Shown here one piece after another: positions 54,601-64,000 of a stretch of DNA of 64,000 bases. Origin of the DNA: Candidatus Zhuqueibacterota bacterium (lineage in GTDB: Bacteria > Zhuqueibacterota > Zhuqueibacteria > Thermofontimicrobiales > Thiofontviventaceae); assembly GCA_016931935.1 (NCBI GenBank), contig JAFGDW010000090.1:199-64198 (forward strand), read 5' to 3'. Each line of letters opens with the position of its first letter. Positions within the stretch are counted from its first letter, which is position 1. Position numbers and translations under genes: made by a program. A model generated the notes under the pieces. It did no database searches and was not told the DNA's origin. It saw only the letters and a list, made by a program, of their open reading frames with translations.

Positions 54601-56187
54601 TGACGTTGTCGATATCCATAGCTCATTATAGCTGTTTTTATAAATCGTCCGAATCCAGTCATTAAAAATGCTTGTGTTATCCGTATCATCGTGTAAAAAT
54701 TGCTTATAGGTTTTTGTCACTTCATTGTAACGGATTAATCCCTGCCCCATGCATGCAAGCCACAGGTTTTTGCCATCTTTCAGGATACTGAAAACATTTT
54801 TGCACGGAAGAGTTTTATTCTGTTCAGAATTGAACCGGATGATTGTGTTATCCTTCCGATCTAGCAAATTCAATCCACCTTCCCACGTTCCAACCCACAA
54901 TTTCTGTTGGTCATCTTTACACAGCGACCAGACTGCGTTCGAGCTCAGCGTGTTCGGATTGTGAGGATCATTAATGAAATGTGCAAATGTCTTATCCCGC
55001 TTGTTGAACAGGTTCAGTCCCCCTTCTGTCCCGATCCATATGGAATCACCATCTTCCAGAAATGCATTGACAAAGTTGTTGCTTAGGCTGGCAGGATTAC
55101 CGGGTTCATGAGAGAAGGAAACAAACTTTTCTGTTAGTTGATTATAGAAATTGATTCCGTTAGCGAAGGTCCCAGCCCACATGCTGCCGTAAGAATCCTG
55201 GTACAATGAATAAACGCTATTGTTTGATAAGCTAAATGGATTTAGCGGATCGTTTCGATAATGATAGAAACAGACATCATTCGAGTTTGAACTTCCGGGT
55301 TCCAGGATGTCCAAACCATTATTTTCAACCCCAATCCATAATCTGCCACCGCTGTCTTCCGATATAGAACGGATTGCTCCGTTGGCAATTGACGATTCAT
55401 CACCATCCCGATGCGCATAGTGAACACATTCGAGTATTTTCGCTGTTTCCGGTTCATATTTTATCAAGCAAAGACCATTGCTATTTGTGCCTACCCATAA
55501 CTTTCCATTCTTATCAGTATGAAGTGAAATTATATGGTTGTCCGTAATTCCAGCGGCATTCATGATATTATTCAATCTTACAAATTTTTGAGTCGACACA
55601 TCAAAGCGATTCAGCCCGTTCGCAGTTCCTACCCAAACATTGTTATTTTTATCAATTACTATATCTTCGACATTATAATTGCTAATTGTGCTTTCATCCG
55701 TGGCATTTGGCACAAATGAAACTGTTTTGTCGTTCTCCGGATTAAATAACAACAGACCATGTGCAGCGGTACCAATTAAAAACCGGCCATCATCCAATTC
55801 AACAATATTCTGCACTCCTTCCTGAGGCCAGCTTGTTTTGTGCGAAAAATTATCATTCTGACGATCGTAGCGGTTCAAACCTGCAAAAGTCGCGATCCAC
55901 AATTGTCCCTTTTTGTCTTCATAAATTGCTTCGATCGTGTTACTTGAAATACTTTTTTTATTACGCGGATTATATTTATAAATTGTAATTGAATAGCCAT
56001 CGTAGCGGTTAAGGCCGTCATTTGTTCCGAACCACATAAAGCCATACGAATCTTCACAAATGGATTTCACCCAGCTCTGTGATAATCCATCCTGAACAGT
56101 AATATGTTTAAATTTTAGAGACAATTGCTCTCCGGACGCTGCATGAGCGACGGGCAGTAACAACAATAGAAATAGTATTTTCTTCAC
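51622..56187 (-). CDS. Hybrid sensor histidine kinase: propeller-Y_Y_Y-TM-PAS-HisKA-HATPase-REC-REC
   Basis: GTG start, signal peptide, same motif set. Confidence 0.93.
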   Translation of the reverse strand: MKKILFLLLLLPVAHAASGEQLSLKFKHITVQDGLSQSWVKSICEDSYGFMWFGTNDGLNRYDGYSITIYKYNPRNKKSISSNTIEAIYEDKKGQLWIATFAGLNRYDRQNDNFSHKTSWPQEGVQNIVELDDGRFLIGTAAHGLLLFNPENDKTVSFVPNATDESTISNYNVEDIVIDKNNNVWVGTANGLNRFDVSTQKFVRLNNIMNAAGITDNHIISLHTDKNGKLWVGTNSNGLCLIKYEPETAKILECVHYAHRDGDESSIANGAIRSISEDSGGRLWIGVENNGLDILEPGSSNSNDVCFYHYRNDPLNPFSLSNNSVYSLYQDSYGSMWAGTFANGINFYNQLTEKFVSFSHEPGNPASLSNNFVNAFLEDGDSIWIGTEGGLNLFNKRDKTFAHFINDPHNPNTLSSNAVWSLCKDDQQKLWVGTWEGGLNLLDRKDNTIIRFNSEQNKTLPCKNVFSILKDGKNLWLACMGQGLIRYNEVTKTYKQFLHDDTDNTSIFNDWIRTIYKNSYNELWISTTSSIDLFDPANESFTHFRHDTSNINSISHSTAIIFFEDSRKNLWIGTDNGLNVYRREKKDFRGYFEEQGLPNNQIKGILEDDHANLWISTNRGIAKFVNGTNVPKNPQFIVYGVDDGLLGNEFNRRSCMKAADGEMYFGGPNGFNVFNPESLRINLAKPPVVITKFQLFNKDVEIKGGNSPLMENIVTTSSLTLSHQHSVISFEFVALNYIAPERNQYAYKMEGFDTEWNYVGNQHDATYTNLDPGTYTFRVKASNNDGIWNETGASLTIIITPPYWHRWWFRTMVLNLLMLLIFALYQIRTRNIRIQNKQLEQKVAERTKDLLTANNALEDKKNLLQTVIDLVPDPIFVKDRHSRFILNNRAHMESVGITRQEDMIGKSDADFFPGGHVDDYHKDEINIIKTGIPIINKEEKGVNPLTGEIDWILTSKVQFKNNKGEVDGIVGVSRLINDRKKFEEELQIAKEIAESANRSKSEFLANMSHEIRTPMNGVIGMTELALATDLNRQQQDYLRIVKQSAESLLDLLNDILDFSKIEAGKLELEIINFDIRKVMETAITTLAIQANSKGIELLYDLKHDVPVGLMGDPGRLRQIIVNLIGNAIKFTEKGEILVKVSLLEKDATQHDGLIGLQFSVSDTGIGIPEDKLDKIFESFSQADNSTTRKFGGTGLGLTISQKLTHLMGGKIWVESELGKGSVFQFTAYFKPGKIKESEKFARRVKELEGMRVLIVDDNNTNCIIMRDVMEANGFQPTIAWNGMEALNKLYEATVEEKQFSLILLDFQMPEMDGYEFTKRVRANTKWDSIKIIMMSSVVDRSDLKRNKIDGIDEFLQKPIRQTDLMYSILTLLGKACTDLDCIGRSFSIDDKMPSLHILLAEDNIVNQKVATSLLKKWGHEVTVANDGQEAISILGKRSFDLVLMDVQMPNIDGIEATRQIRQTLKLEIPIIAMTAHAMKGDREAFLNAGMNDYIAKPIDVEEVRSKIAAFAIVGNGTESKT

Positions 56188-56218
56188 AATAACGACTCTT
56201 AATTTATTTTATGCGCGT

Positions 56219-59200
56219 TTATGCAGATACAAATTCTGATTTGTGAACGACAAATTTATTTAACACGCGAATAATTTCATCGACATTAATGGGTTTTGCC
56301 ACATATTCATCCACACCTGCTTCAAAGAAACGTTCACGGTCGCCTTTCATCGCGTGAGCTGTCACAGCAACAATTGGAATTGTCGGTGGTACGGCCAGTG
56401 AGTTTGAAGCTCGGATCGCTTTAGTCGCTTTAATGCCATCCATTACGGGCATTTGGATATCCATCAGGATCAAATCGAAATGTTTATCTTTCAAAATTTC
56501 CAATGCTTCCTCGCCGTGTTGAGCGATGGTTACATAATGTCCCCACTTCGATAATAATTTCTGAGCAACCCTTTGGTTAATAAGATTGTCTTCAACCAAT
56601 AGAATGTCTATCGGATGAATTTCTTCGTTTGAAGTTGCTGATTGGTCTTTTCCACGACGATCATTCTGTAAATTTTCGATGTTTTTTCTGATTGCCATCC
56701 ATAATTCCGAATGTCGTATTGGTTTCGCAAGACAATTTTCGCGACCAATTCGCTTACATGTTTCATGCTTATAATCTTCAACGAGTGAACTAAGTAAAAT
56801 AATTTTTATATTTTTCCACTCCGCGTTTTCCGACATCCGCTCGATAACTTCCATCCCCGTCATTCCAGGCATTTGGCAGTCCATTAAGACGAGCTGAAAT
56901 TGTTTAGCAGGATTGTGGATTTCATCGAGCATAGCTATTGCCTTATTTCCACAGTTTGTAACACTAACTTTCGCGCCGTGTCGTTTTAGCAGTTTTTCGA
57001 GAATCAATCGATTGGTTTCATTATCATCAACCACCAAAATTCGAATGCCTTCCAAATTAACAGTTTCAGCATCGTGCATTTCTTCAGATGCATTCCCTGG
57101 TTTCACTTTTATTGTAAAATGAAAAGTGCTTCCTTTACCTACCTGACTTTCTACCCACATCCGTCCGCCCAGCAAGCGTGTTAATCGACGGGATAATGTC
57201 AGTCCAAGACCCAACCCACCATACTTCCGGGTTAACGATGCATCCAACTGAGAAAAGCTTTTAAATATTTTATTTATTTTATTCTTGGGAATTCCAATAC
57301 CACTATCAGTTACTGTAAAATGTAAGGCGATTAAATCATTTGCTACCTGTCGCGACGATTTCTCGATTTCAACACCCAGCTTAATTTCTCCCTGTTCTGT
57401 GAATTTAACAGCATTACTCAAAAGGTTAACAAGTATTTGATGCAATCGACTGGAATCACCAAACAAGTGGCGTGGTACATTTTCATCAATATCATAAATA
57501 AGCTCGATATGTTTGTTCGCAGCTGCCGACGCAAAGCTTACAAGCGCCCGTTCGATTAATTTGCACAAATTAAAATCTGTCTGGGAAATTTCAATTTCAC
57601 CGGATTCAATTCGTGAAAAATCAAATACACCTTTTAACAAATCAAGCAGTGACTCTGCCGAATGCACAACGACTCGAAGATATTCATGGATTTGCTCCAA
57701 ATTGTGCTCACTACCTGCCAATTCTGCCATCCCGATTACCCCGTTTAAAGGTGTGCGGAACTCATGACTCAAATTTGCCAGAAATTCGCTTTTGACACGT
57801 GCCGCACTCTTAGCAGCCTGCTTGAGTTTTTGCTCCATTTGCTTTCGCTCGGTTATATCACGACGGATACCGACCAACCCAAGAATTTTTCCATCTTTAT
57901 CGCGAAGTGGTACTTTCGATGTCAATACGCACACTTGTTCACCCGTTTCTAAGGCACGTCCGTATTCTTCTTTATTTATGATAGCTTCACCATTGTGCAA
58001 CACACGGTCATCGTCAGAGTCAACCGTATTAAAATCTATTTGATTATCAGTGAAAAAATCTTTGTCGTGTTTACTTATAAGTTCAACCTGATCGCTACAA
58101 CCCAGATCTTTGATGTGCTTTAGATTATTCAAAATGAACCTTTTTTGTACATCCTTCACGTAAATGCTATCCGGTACAATATCAATGACTGTTTGCAACA
58201 GATTTCGTTTATTTTCAAGCTCAAGCGTACGTTCTCTGACTTTTAGTTCAAGGTAGCGATTGCGTTTTCGAATGCTCTGCGTTCGCAGGTAATAAATGGA
58301 CACAACAAAGAACGATATGGCAAAAAACATTATTGTCCGAAACCATGCTGTCTTCCAAAATGGTGGTGTAATTATAATCTGAATTGATCGACCCGCGTTA
58401 TTCCACACGCCATCATTATTCGTACCGCGCACATGAAAAGTATATTTTCCGGGATTGATATTGGTATAGGTTGCAATTCGTTTATTCCCTACATAATTCC
58501 AATCTCTGTCAAATCCTTCCAACCGATACGCATATTGATTTTTTAGCGGTGTCGTAAAATCAAGAGCAGCAAATTCGAATGAGAATACAGAATTTCGGTA
58601 CGATATAGTTATTTCATCTGACAACAAAATATTTTCTGACAGCGGTGATTTTTCAATTCCAATCGGAACTTGTTTATTCATAAGTTGAAAATCTGTAATA
58701 ACAATATTTGGTATGAATGTATTTTCTTGTACATCATCGGGATAAAAGTCATTAAATCCATTCGTACCACCAAAATACATTCTTCCATTTCGTGCAGTTA
58801 GACTGGATTTTTTAATAAACGTATTGCCCTGTAATCCATCCAATTTTGTAAAACTCTTAAATTGATTGGTTTTTAAATTGAACCTGGAAAGGCCACAATT
58901 TGTGCTAATCCATAAATACCCGTTCATATCTTTTTCAATACTATAAATAAGATTATTGGGCAAGCCATCTATATCAAAATAACGTTTAAAGGATTTGTCA
59001 TTTTGATCAAACTTATTCAAACCATTGGTTGTCCCTACCCATACGGTACTGCTGTCTTGTTCGAATATGGTTGTTATAAAATTGTTTGATATGCTGTTAA
59101 TATCATTTTTGTTATGTTGATAAAGTACGCTTTCTTTTGTATCCGGATCAAAAACAATAAAGCCAAATGTAGTTCCAATAAGCAGATTTCCATTCGAAGC

Positions 59201-60796
59201 CAGTTCCACTAATTCTATGTGATTGCTAAACATTTTGTACTTTTTTAAATCGATATTGTGAAAAGACATATCATCTATATAGAAGGTATTTAATCCTCCT
59301 GTTGTTGCCAGCCATAATCGCCCCTTTTTGTCTTGAACAATATCGTAAACATGATTGTTATTTAAACCACTATTTTCTGATGTAAACGTAACAAATTTTT
59401 TTTGATCCTGATCAAATCTACTAAAGCCGCCGTCGTATGTGCCAATCCACACATTATTATCAGAATCAACGTAAACGGTTAGCACAGCATCCACATTTAG
59501 ATTCGTAGTCTCAGTATTATATCTTTCAAATGTATTTAAAAAGGGATCAAATAAATTTAAACCACCGCCATCCGTAGCAATCCAAATTTTTCCATCATTA
59601 CTCTCACTGAATTCCCACACTGAATTATCACTTAAACTGGATTGCACACCCGGAACATTTTTGTGATGCTCAAATGCATGCTTTTTGTTCTTTATAATAT
59701 CTAATCCCGCATCATACGTGCCAAACCACATATCGCCTGCTTTATCCTGAAAAATTGAATAAATCGCATTACTATTTATGCTAGCAGGATTTTTGAAATC
59801 ACTTTTAAAATGCGTAAACGTCTTTCGGTCAGGATGCAGATAATTCAGTCCCCCATTTTCATTGCTAATCCACAACCCATCACTTGCATCGACTTTAATT
59901 ACTCGTATCGATTTGCCCGTAAGGCCATATTTACCGTGTCGATCAATTCGATAATTCTTAAACTTGCCGTGTTTCAAAACATCTTTGTGAATGCAGGACA
60001 GTCCTCCTTCAATGCAACCGAACCAGAGATAGCCTTGTTTATCTTCATCAATTGAATAGACATTATTACTTACCAAACTTGTAGAATCATTTTCGTTGTG
60101 CATGAGATGAATAAATTTTCCGGTAGCTCTATCCAGAATATTTATACCTCCCCTGACACTCCCAATTATAAAATTTCCGTTACTATCTTCAAAAATGCTT
60201 CTGATATCAGAAGAAAACAGACCTGATGGATTATCCTTATCATAACCGTAGTGAATGTATTCATGCGTCTGTGGATTAAACCAGTAAAGTCCATTGTGGT
60301 GGGATGAGAGCCACAAATTCCCTTTCCGATCGGGATATATACACTGAATATTAAATGTGATGAATCCCTCAATGTCATTATAATTAATAAATCGATCAAA
60401 TTTCCGATCATATAACGACAAGCCAATTTCAGTGCCAATCCACAGGTTTCCATTATCATCTTTCGCCAAACATTCAATGAGATTGGATTGAATGCTATTA
60501 GAATCATTTAAGGAATGTCTGTATACCTTGAATTGGTAGCCATCGTATCGGTTTAGTCCATCAAAAGTACCAAACCACATAAAGCCCAGATCGTCCTGTA
60601 ATATGCACCTTACATTGGCATGAGAAAGCCCGTCATCAGTCGTCAAGTGATCAAATTTCAGATAGTGATCAATCGTTTCTGATTTCAAGATTGACGGATA
60701 TATCCATAATGCAAGCAGCATTATCATCGTTAATTTAATTACATGACTCCAATATTTTTGATTAAAAATCTTCATAAAGCAGAACCCCATCCCCAA
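56219..60796 (-). CDS. Hybrid sensor histidine kinase: propeller-Y_Y_Y-TM-PAS-HisKA-HATPase-REC-REC
   Basis: FLANLSHEFRTPLNG H-box, two REC. The true start may be ATG 60790 or 60775. Confidence 0.92.
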   Translation of the reverse strand: MGMGFCFMKIFNQKYWSHVIKLTMIMLLALWIYPSILKSETIDHYLKFDHLTTDDGLSHANVRCILQDDLGFMWFGTFDGLNRYDGYQFKVYRHSLNDSNSIQSNLIECLAKDDNGNLWIGTEIGLSLYDRKFDRFINYNDIEGFITFNIQCIYPDRKGNLWLSSHHNGLYWFNPQTHEYIHYGYDKDNPSGLFSSDIRSIFEDSNGNFIIGSVRGGINILDRATGKFIHLMHNENDSTSLVSNNVYSIDEDKQGYLWFGCIEGGLSCIHKDVLKHGKFKNYRIDRHGKYGLTGKSIRVIKVDASDGLWISNENGGLNYLHPDRKTFTHFKSDFKNPASINSNAIYSIFQDKAGDMWFGTYDAGLDIIKNKKHAFEHHKNVPGVQSSLSDNSVWEFSESNDGKIWIATDGGGLNLFDPFLNTFERYNTETTNLNVDAVLTVYVDSDNNVWIGTYDGGFSRFDQDQKKFVTFTSENSGLNNNHVYDIVQDKKGRLWLATTGGLNTFYIDDMSFHNIDLKKYKMFSNHIELVELASNGNLLIGTTFGFIVFDPDTKESVLYQHNKNDINSISNNFITTIFEQDSSTVWVGTTNGLNKFDQNDKSFKRYFDIDGLPNNLIYSIEKDMNGYLWISTNCGLSRFNLKTNQFKSFTKLDGLQGNTFIKKSSLTARNGRMYFGGTNGFNDFYPDDVQENTFIPNIVITDFQLMNKQVPIGIEKSPLSENILLSDEITISYRNSVFSFEFAALDFTTPLKNQYAYRLEGFDRDWNYVGNKRIATYTNINPGKYTFHVRGTNNDGVWNNAGRSIQIIITPPFWKTAWFRTIMFFAISFFVVSIYYLRTQSIRKRNRYLELKVRERTLELENKRNLLQTVIDIVPDSIYVKDVQKRFILNNLKHIKDLGCSDQVELISKHDKDFFTDNQIDFNTVDSDDDRVLHNGEAIINKEEYGRALETGEQVCVLTSKVPLRDKDGKILGLVGIRRDITERKQMEQKLKQAAKSAARVKSEFLANLSHEFRTPLNGVIGMAELAGSEHNLEQIHEYLRVVVHSAESLLDLLKGVFDFSRIESGEIEISQTDFNLCKLIERALVSFASAAANKHIELIYDIDENVPRHLFGDSSRLHQILVNLLSNAVKFTEQGEIKLGVEIEKSSRQVANDLIALHFTVTDSGIGIPKNKINKIFKSFSQLDASLTRKYGGLGLGLTLSRRLTRLLGGRMWVESQVGKGSTFHFTIKVKPGNASEEMHDAETVNLEGIRILVVDDNETNRLILEKLLKRHGAKVSVTNCGNKAIAMLDEIHNPAKQFQLVLMDCQMPGMTGMEVIERMSENAEWKNIKIILLSSLVEDYKHETCKRIGRENCLAKPIRHSELWMAIRKNIENLQNDRRGKDQSATSNEEIHPIDILLVEDNLINQRVAQKLLSKWGHYVTIAQHGEEALEILKDKHFDLILMDIQMPVMDGIKATKAIRASNSLAVPPTIPIVAVTAHAMKGDRERFFEAGVDEYVAKPINVDEIIRVLNKFVVHKSEFVSA

Positions 60797-60925
60797 TATT
60801 CACAAGCGACGGTTTATATATTTATGTACATCGGAATGGCTATCCGGGGGATAGATATTCCTGTAATCACTTCCTGCAGTAAATATAAATTTAGTTTTAG
60901 ATGTCACTAATTACTGGTCACAAAA

Positions 60926-63900
60926 TTATCCATTTTTGGATTCAACAGTGATATGTGCAAATTTTATCAGGACTCTTTTCACTTCATCCACATTAATCGG
61001 CTTGGAGATATAATCATCCATGCCTGTATCCAAAAATTTTTCCCGGTCGCCCTTCATGGCATGGGCAGTCATCGCAACAATCGGAATCATCGAATTTAAT
61101 GATTTACGAATAAAGCGAGTTGCTTCAAGACCATCCATGTTTGGCATTTGTACATCCATAAGAATTATATCAAATTCTTTTTCTTTGAGCTGTTCGATTG
61201 CTTCTTTGCCATCATTGACAATAGTAACGGTGTGTCCCCATTTTTTCAGCAAGCTGGTAGCAACCTTTTGATTCACCAGGTTATCTTCAGCAAGCAAAAT
61301 TTTTAACGGAACACTCGTTTCATCGAATGGGCTGTTGGCACCATTGACATCCACTGATGTGTTCTTGTTTCCAAACAAGGTAAGTATCGTGCTAAAAAGA
61401 TCATTCTGACGCACAGGTTTTTGTAAAAACTCATCAATTCCAATATCTTTGCTCTTTACGACATCCCCTTTTTCCACGATCGAGCTCATCATAATGATTT
61501 TACATTTATCCCATATCGAATTGGAACGAATTTTTACAGCGAAATCAAAACCATTCATTTCCGGCATTTGAAAATCCAATAAAATTAATGCGAATGGTTT
61601 TTCATCCACTGTTGACTTATACATTGCGTTTAACGCATCTTTACCGTTCCAGGCAGTTTGTGTTTCAAATCTACACGATGAAAGCACATCTCTTAAGATG
61701 ATGCAATTCGTAGCATTGTCATCCACAATAAGGACCCGAGTATCGGAAAATTCTTTCATTCGGTTACGATACACCTGAGAATTTTCCACCTTGCCACGCA
61801 TTAACTGAGCTGTGAAATGGAACAGGCTCCCTTTTCCGATTTCACTTTCGCACCAGATATTTCCTCCCATAAGCTCCAATAGTTTTTTTGAGATAGTAAG
61901 CCCGAGCCCAGATCCCCCATACTTTCGTGTGGTTGAATTATCAGCCTGGGAAAAACTGTGGAAAATTTTATCAAGCTTGTCTGCCGGAATGCCAATACCG
62001 GTATCACGAACTAAAAAATGAAGTTTGATGTGGTTCTGATCCGTTGGTTGTTCACCATTACGATCGGCATCATTTTCAAGTTGTACGGTCAGCACAACTT
62101 CCCCCTTGTCGGTGAATTTGATCGCATTACCAATCAAATTAACAATAATTTGCCGCAAACGTCCAGGATCTCCCTTCAGCTCTACAGGCACGTCAGGCCG
62201 AATATCACATAGCAATTCCAACTTTTTTGTGTGAGCCTGCACAGCAAGTGTACTAATAGCAGTATCCACAACTTTACGCAAATCAAAATCGATGGATTCC
62301 AACTCCATTTTGCCAGCTTCAATTTTGGAAAAATCAAGAATGTCGTTTAACAAATACAGCAGAGATTCGGCCGATTGTTTGGCAATTTTCAGGTAATCGC
62401 GTTGCTGTTTGTTTTGCGAAACGTCCAGCGCCAATTCTGTCATCCCGATAATGCCGTTCATTGGTGTGCGCAGTTCATGACTCATATTAGCCAGAAATTC
62501 GCTTTTCGTTTTATTGGCAATTTCAGCAGCCAATTTTGCGGCTTGCAATTCCTGCTCTTTTCGTTTTAAATCAGAAATATCCCGGGAGATAGTAACAATT
62601 CCATGGATATTGCTTTCGTCATCTTTAATCGGTACTTTTGATGTCGACATCCATCTAGACTTTCCATCCGGGAATTCAATTTCTTGTACGTCGTTAATAA
62701 GGTGCAGCCCGGTTTGAATGATATCACGGTCCTCGTTCATTATGTCACGAGCAAATTTTTCAGAAAAGAAATCGAAATCAGTCTTGTTAATAACCGAGTC
62801 AGGTGACTTAAGCTTTAGCATAGTGGCATAAGCGCCATTCATTCTTAAATACCGCCCCTGGTTATCCTTAAAAAATATGGAATCCGGAATATTATCCATG
62901 AGCAACTGTAATAAATTCCGTTCATCGTTTAGCGCGGTTTCGGCTTTCTTCTGTTCAGTGATATCATTTGCCGAACAGACCACATAGTCAACATCGCCAG
63001 TTTCATTCACGTGGGGCATTCGGGTTATTGCCAAAAGCCGGGATTCACCTTCACAATTCGTGATCCACTCTTCGGTGTATTTCTTCTGTTTCGATTCAAA
63101 CGCCTGTCTGTTATTCTGGAGAATGACATTGGTCTCTTTCATCGGGAAGAAATGCAAAATTTTTTTATGTTCTATATCACTTTTTTGTTTTCCCAGAAAC
63201 TGTGCATGAGAGTTGTTCACAGAACCATATGTCCTATAATTCACAAGATACCAAATTTGTGTTTCGATATTATCGGATAATAATTTAAGTTCATTTTTTT
63301 GGTGCTCAAAATTCAGAATCATATCCCGGGAATCTTTCCGGATCATGGCTACTGCATCAAACAGATCGGAAAACGGATCATGTTCCGGGAGACCATCAAT
63401 GAGACTTTCATCTGATGTATCCCATGATAATCGCCCCAATAGACCGAATAATTCATGAATCCGCTTGCTTTGATGATTGATAATTGTTTCTTTTTCCTGT
63501 AACAGTTGCCTGGCAAAACTGTTTAGTTCCTTTTTCTTTTTGGGAATTATATTTTTTTGTGCTATCTCTTGAGTCTGCTTATTTTCTTTATGCTTTAAAA
63601 CACGCATAATTGCCGAATTAAAATCTGAGTCGACAAATATTTTGTTCATGAATTTATGTGAAAATAATTTGCCAAACTTCACGATGCCCTTCAATGCCGG
63701 ACTTAAGCCGAAGAAAATGGTTAACGCAATTGAATCAATATTATTTACAAACCAGGCAATAATTAGCTTCCTGATCGCTAATGATGCCCCGATTGAATTA
63801 CTTAAATCATATAACAAATAATACTTTTCGCCTTCAGGAATGGTATGTTCAACAACCGTTTGTAATGTTTTCATTGAATCGAACACATGTTCGTCAAGAT

Positions 63901-64000
63901 ATCCAGTCACATGCATCAAGATGATGTTTTCATCCATGCATTCTGTTTTTAAATGATAGCCTTTATCCGGGTTGGAAAGATTCCACTTTTCATCCTGAAT
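60926..64000 (-). CDS. Hybrid histidine kinase, 5'-truncated: STAS/SpoIIAA-like - PAS - PAS - HisKA - HATPase - REC - REC
   Basis: The frame stays open from 63937 to the window end (IQDEKWNLSNPDKGYHLKTECMDEN...). SHELRTPMNG, two PAS, two REC. No TM in the visible part. Confidence 0.88.
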   Translation of the reverse strand: MQDEKWNLSNPDKGYHLKTECMDENIILMHVTGYLDEHVFDSMKTLQTVVEHTIPEGEKYYLLYDLSNSIGASLAIRKLIIAWFVNNIDSIALTIFFGLSPALKGIVKFGKLFSHKFMNKIFVDSDFNSAIMRVLKHKENKQTQEIAQKNIIPKKKKELNSFARQLLQEKETIINHQSKRIHELFGLLGRLSWDTSDESLIDGLPEHDPFSDLFDAVAMIRKDSRDMILNFEHQKNELKLLSDNIETQIWYLVNYRTYGSVNNSHAQFLGKQKSDIEHKKILHFFPMKETNVILQNNRQAFESKQKKYTEEWITNCEGESRLLAITRMPHVNETGDVDYVVCSANDITEQKKAETALNDERNLLQLLMDNIPDSIFFKDNQGRYLRMNGAYATMLKLKSPDSVINKTDFDFFSEKFARDIMNEDRDIIQTGLHLINDVQEIEFPDGKSRWMSTSKVPIKDDESNIHGIVTISRDISDLKRKEQELQAAKLAAEIANKTKSEFLANMSHELRTPMNGIIGMTELALDVSQNKQQRDYLKIAKQSAESLLYLLNDILDFSKIEAGKMELESIDFDLRKVVDTAISTLAVQAHTKKLELLCDIRPDVPVELKGDPGRLRQIIVNLIGNAIKFTDKGEVVLTVQLENDADRNGEQPTDQNHIKLHFLVRDTGIGIPADKLDKIFHSFSQADNSTTRKYGGSGLGLTISKKLLELMGGNIWCESEIGKGSLFHFTAQLMRGKVENSQVYRNRMKEFSDTRVLIVDDNATNCIILRDVLSSCRFETQTAWNGKDALNAMYKSTVDEKPFALILLDFQMPEMNGFDFAVKIRSNSIWDKCKIIMMSSIVEKGDVVKSKDIGIDEFLQKPVRQNDLFSTILTLFGNKNTSVDVNGANSPFDETSVPLKILLAEDNLVNQKVATSLLKKWGHTVTIVNDGKEAIEQLKEKEFDIILMDVQMPNMDGLEATRFIRKSLNSMIPIVAMTAHAMKGDREKFLDTGMDDYISKPINVDEVKRVLIKFAHITVESKNG

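Noticed and set aside
14872..63280. Many short + strand ORFs, some similar to each other
   Set aside because: They are antisense shadows of the conserved kinase and REC coding sequence.

Overview
Bacterial genomic window, AT-rich. The secreted proteins carry 'NYPNPFNP' C-terminal tails, which suggests an FCB-group lineage such as KSB1, Calditrichota or Ignavibacteria (inference). Bases 1-11.4 kb (+ strand) hold a BlaI-family repressor, a BlaR-like M56 protease fused to an M23 domain, and an esterase, followed by a cluster of exported, often chimeric proteins. A perfect TAACTACA-N-TGTAGTTA palindrome sits at both the blaI promoter and the cluster promoter. Bases 11.5-14.3 kb hold an orphan YfiR with a sigma54-like promoter, a degenerate gamma-carbonic-anhydrase-like protein and a QueG-like Fe-S protein. 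Bases 14.6-64 kb (- strand) are a ~49 kb co-oriented array of 11 sensor genes. Eight are beta-propeller/Y_Y_Y hybrid kinases with no DNA-binding output. One fuses the same sensor type to a methyl-accepting chemotaxis domain. One is a dCache-HAMP kinase split by a single in-frame stop, next to a lone substrate-binding lipoprotein. One is a STAS-like/PAS kinase that runs off the window. Sensor and transmitter modules look shuffled. Many intergenic spaces contain small elements bounded by terminal inverted repeats (TIRs), several with target-site duplications (TSDs), that carry REP-like palindromes. No rRNA, tRNA, CRISPR array or transposase gene was seen. All domain calls come from motif recognition by eye, not from database searches.
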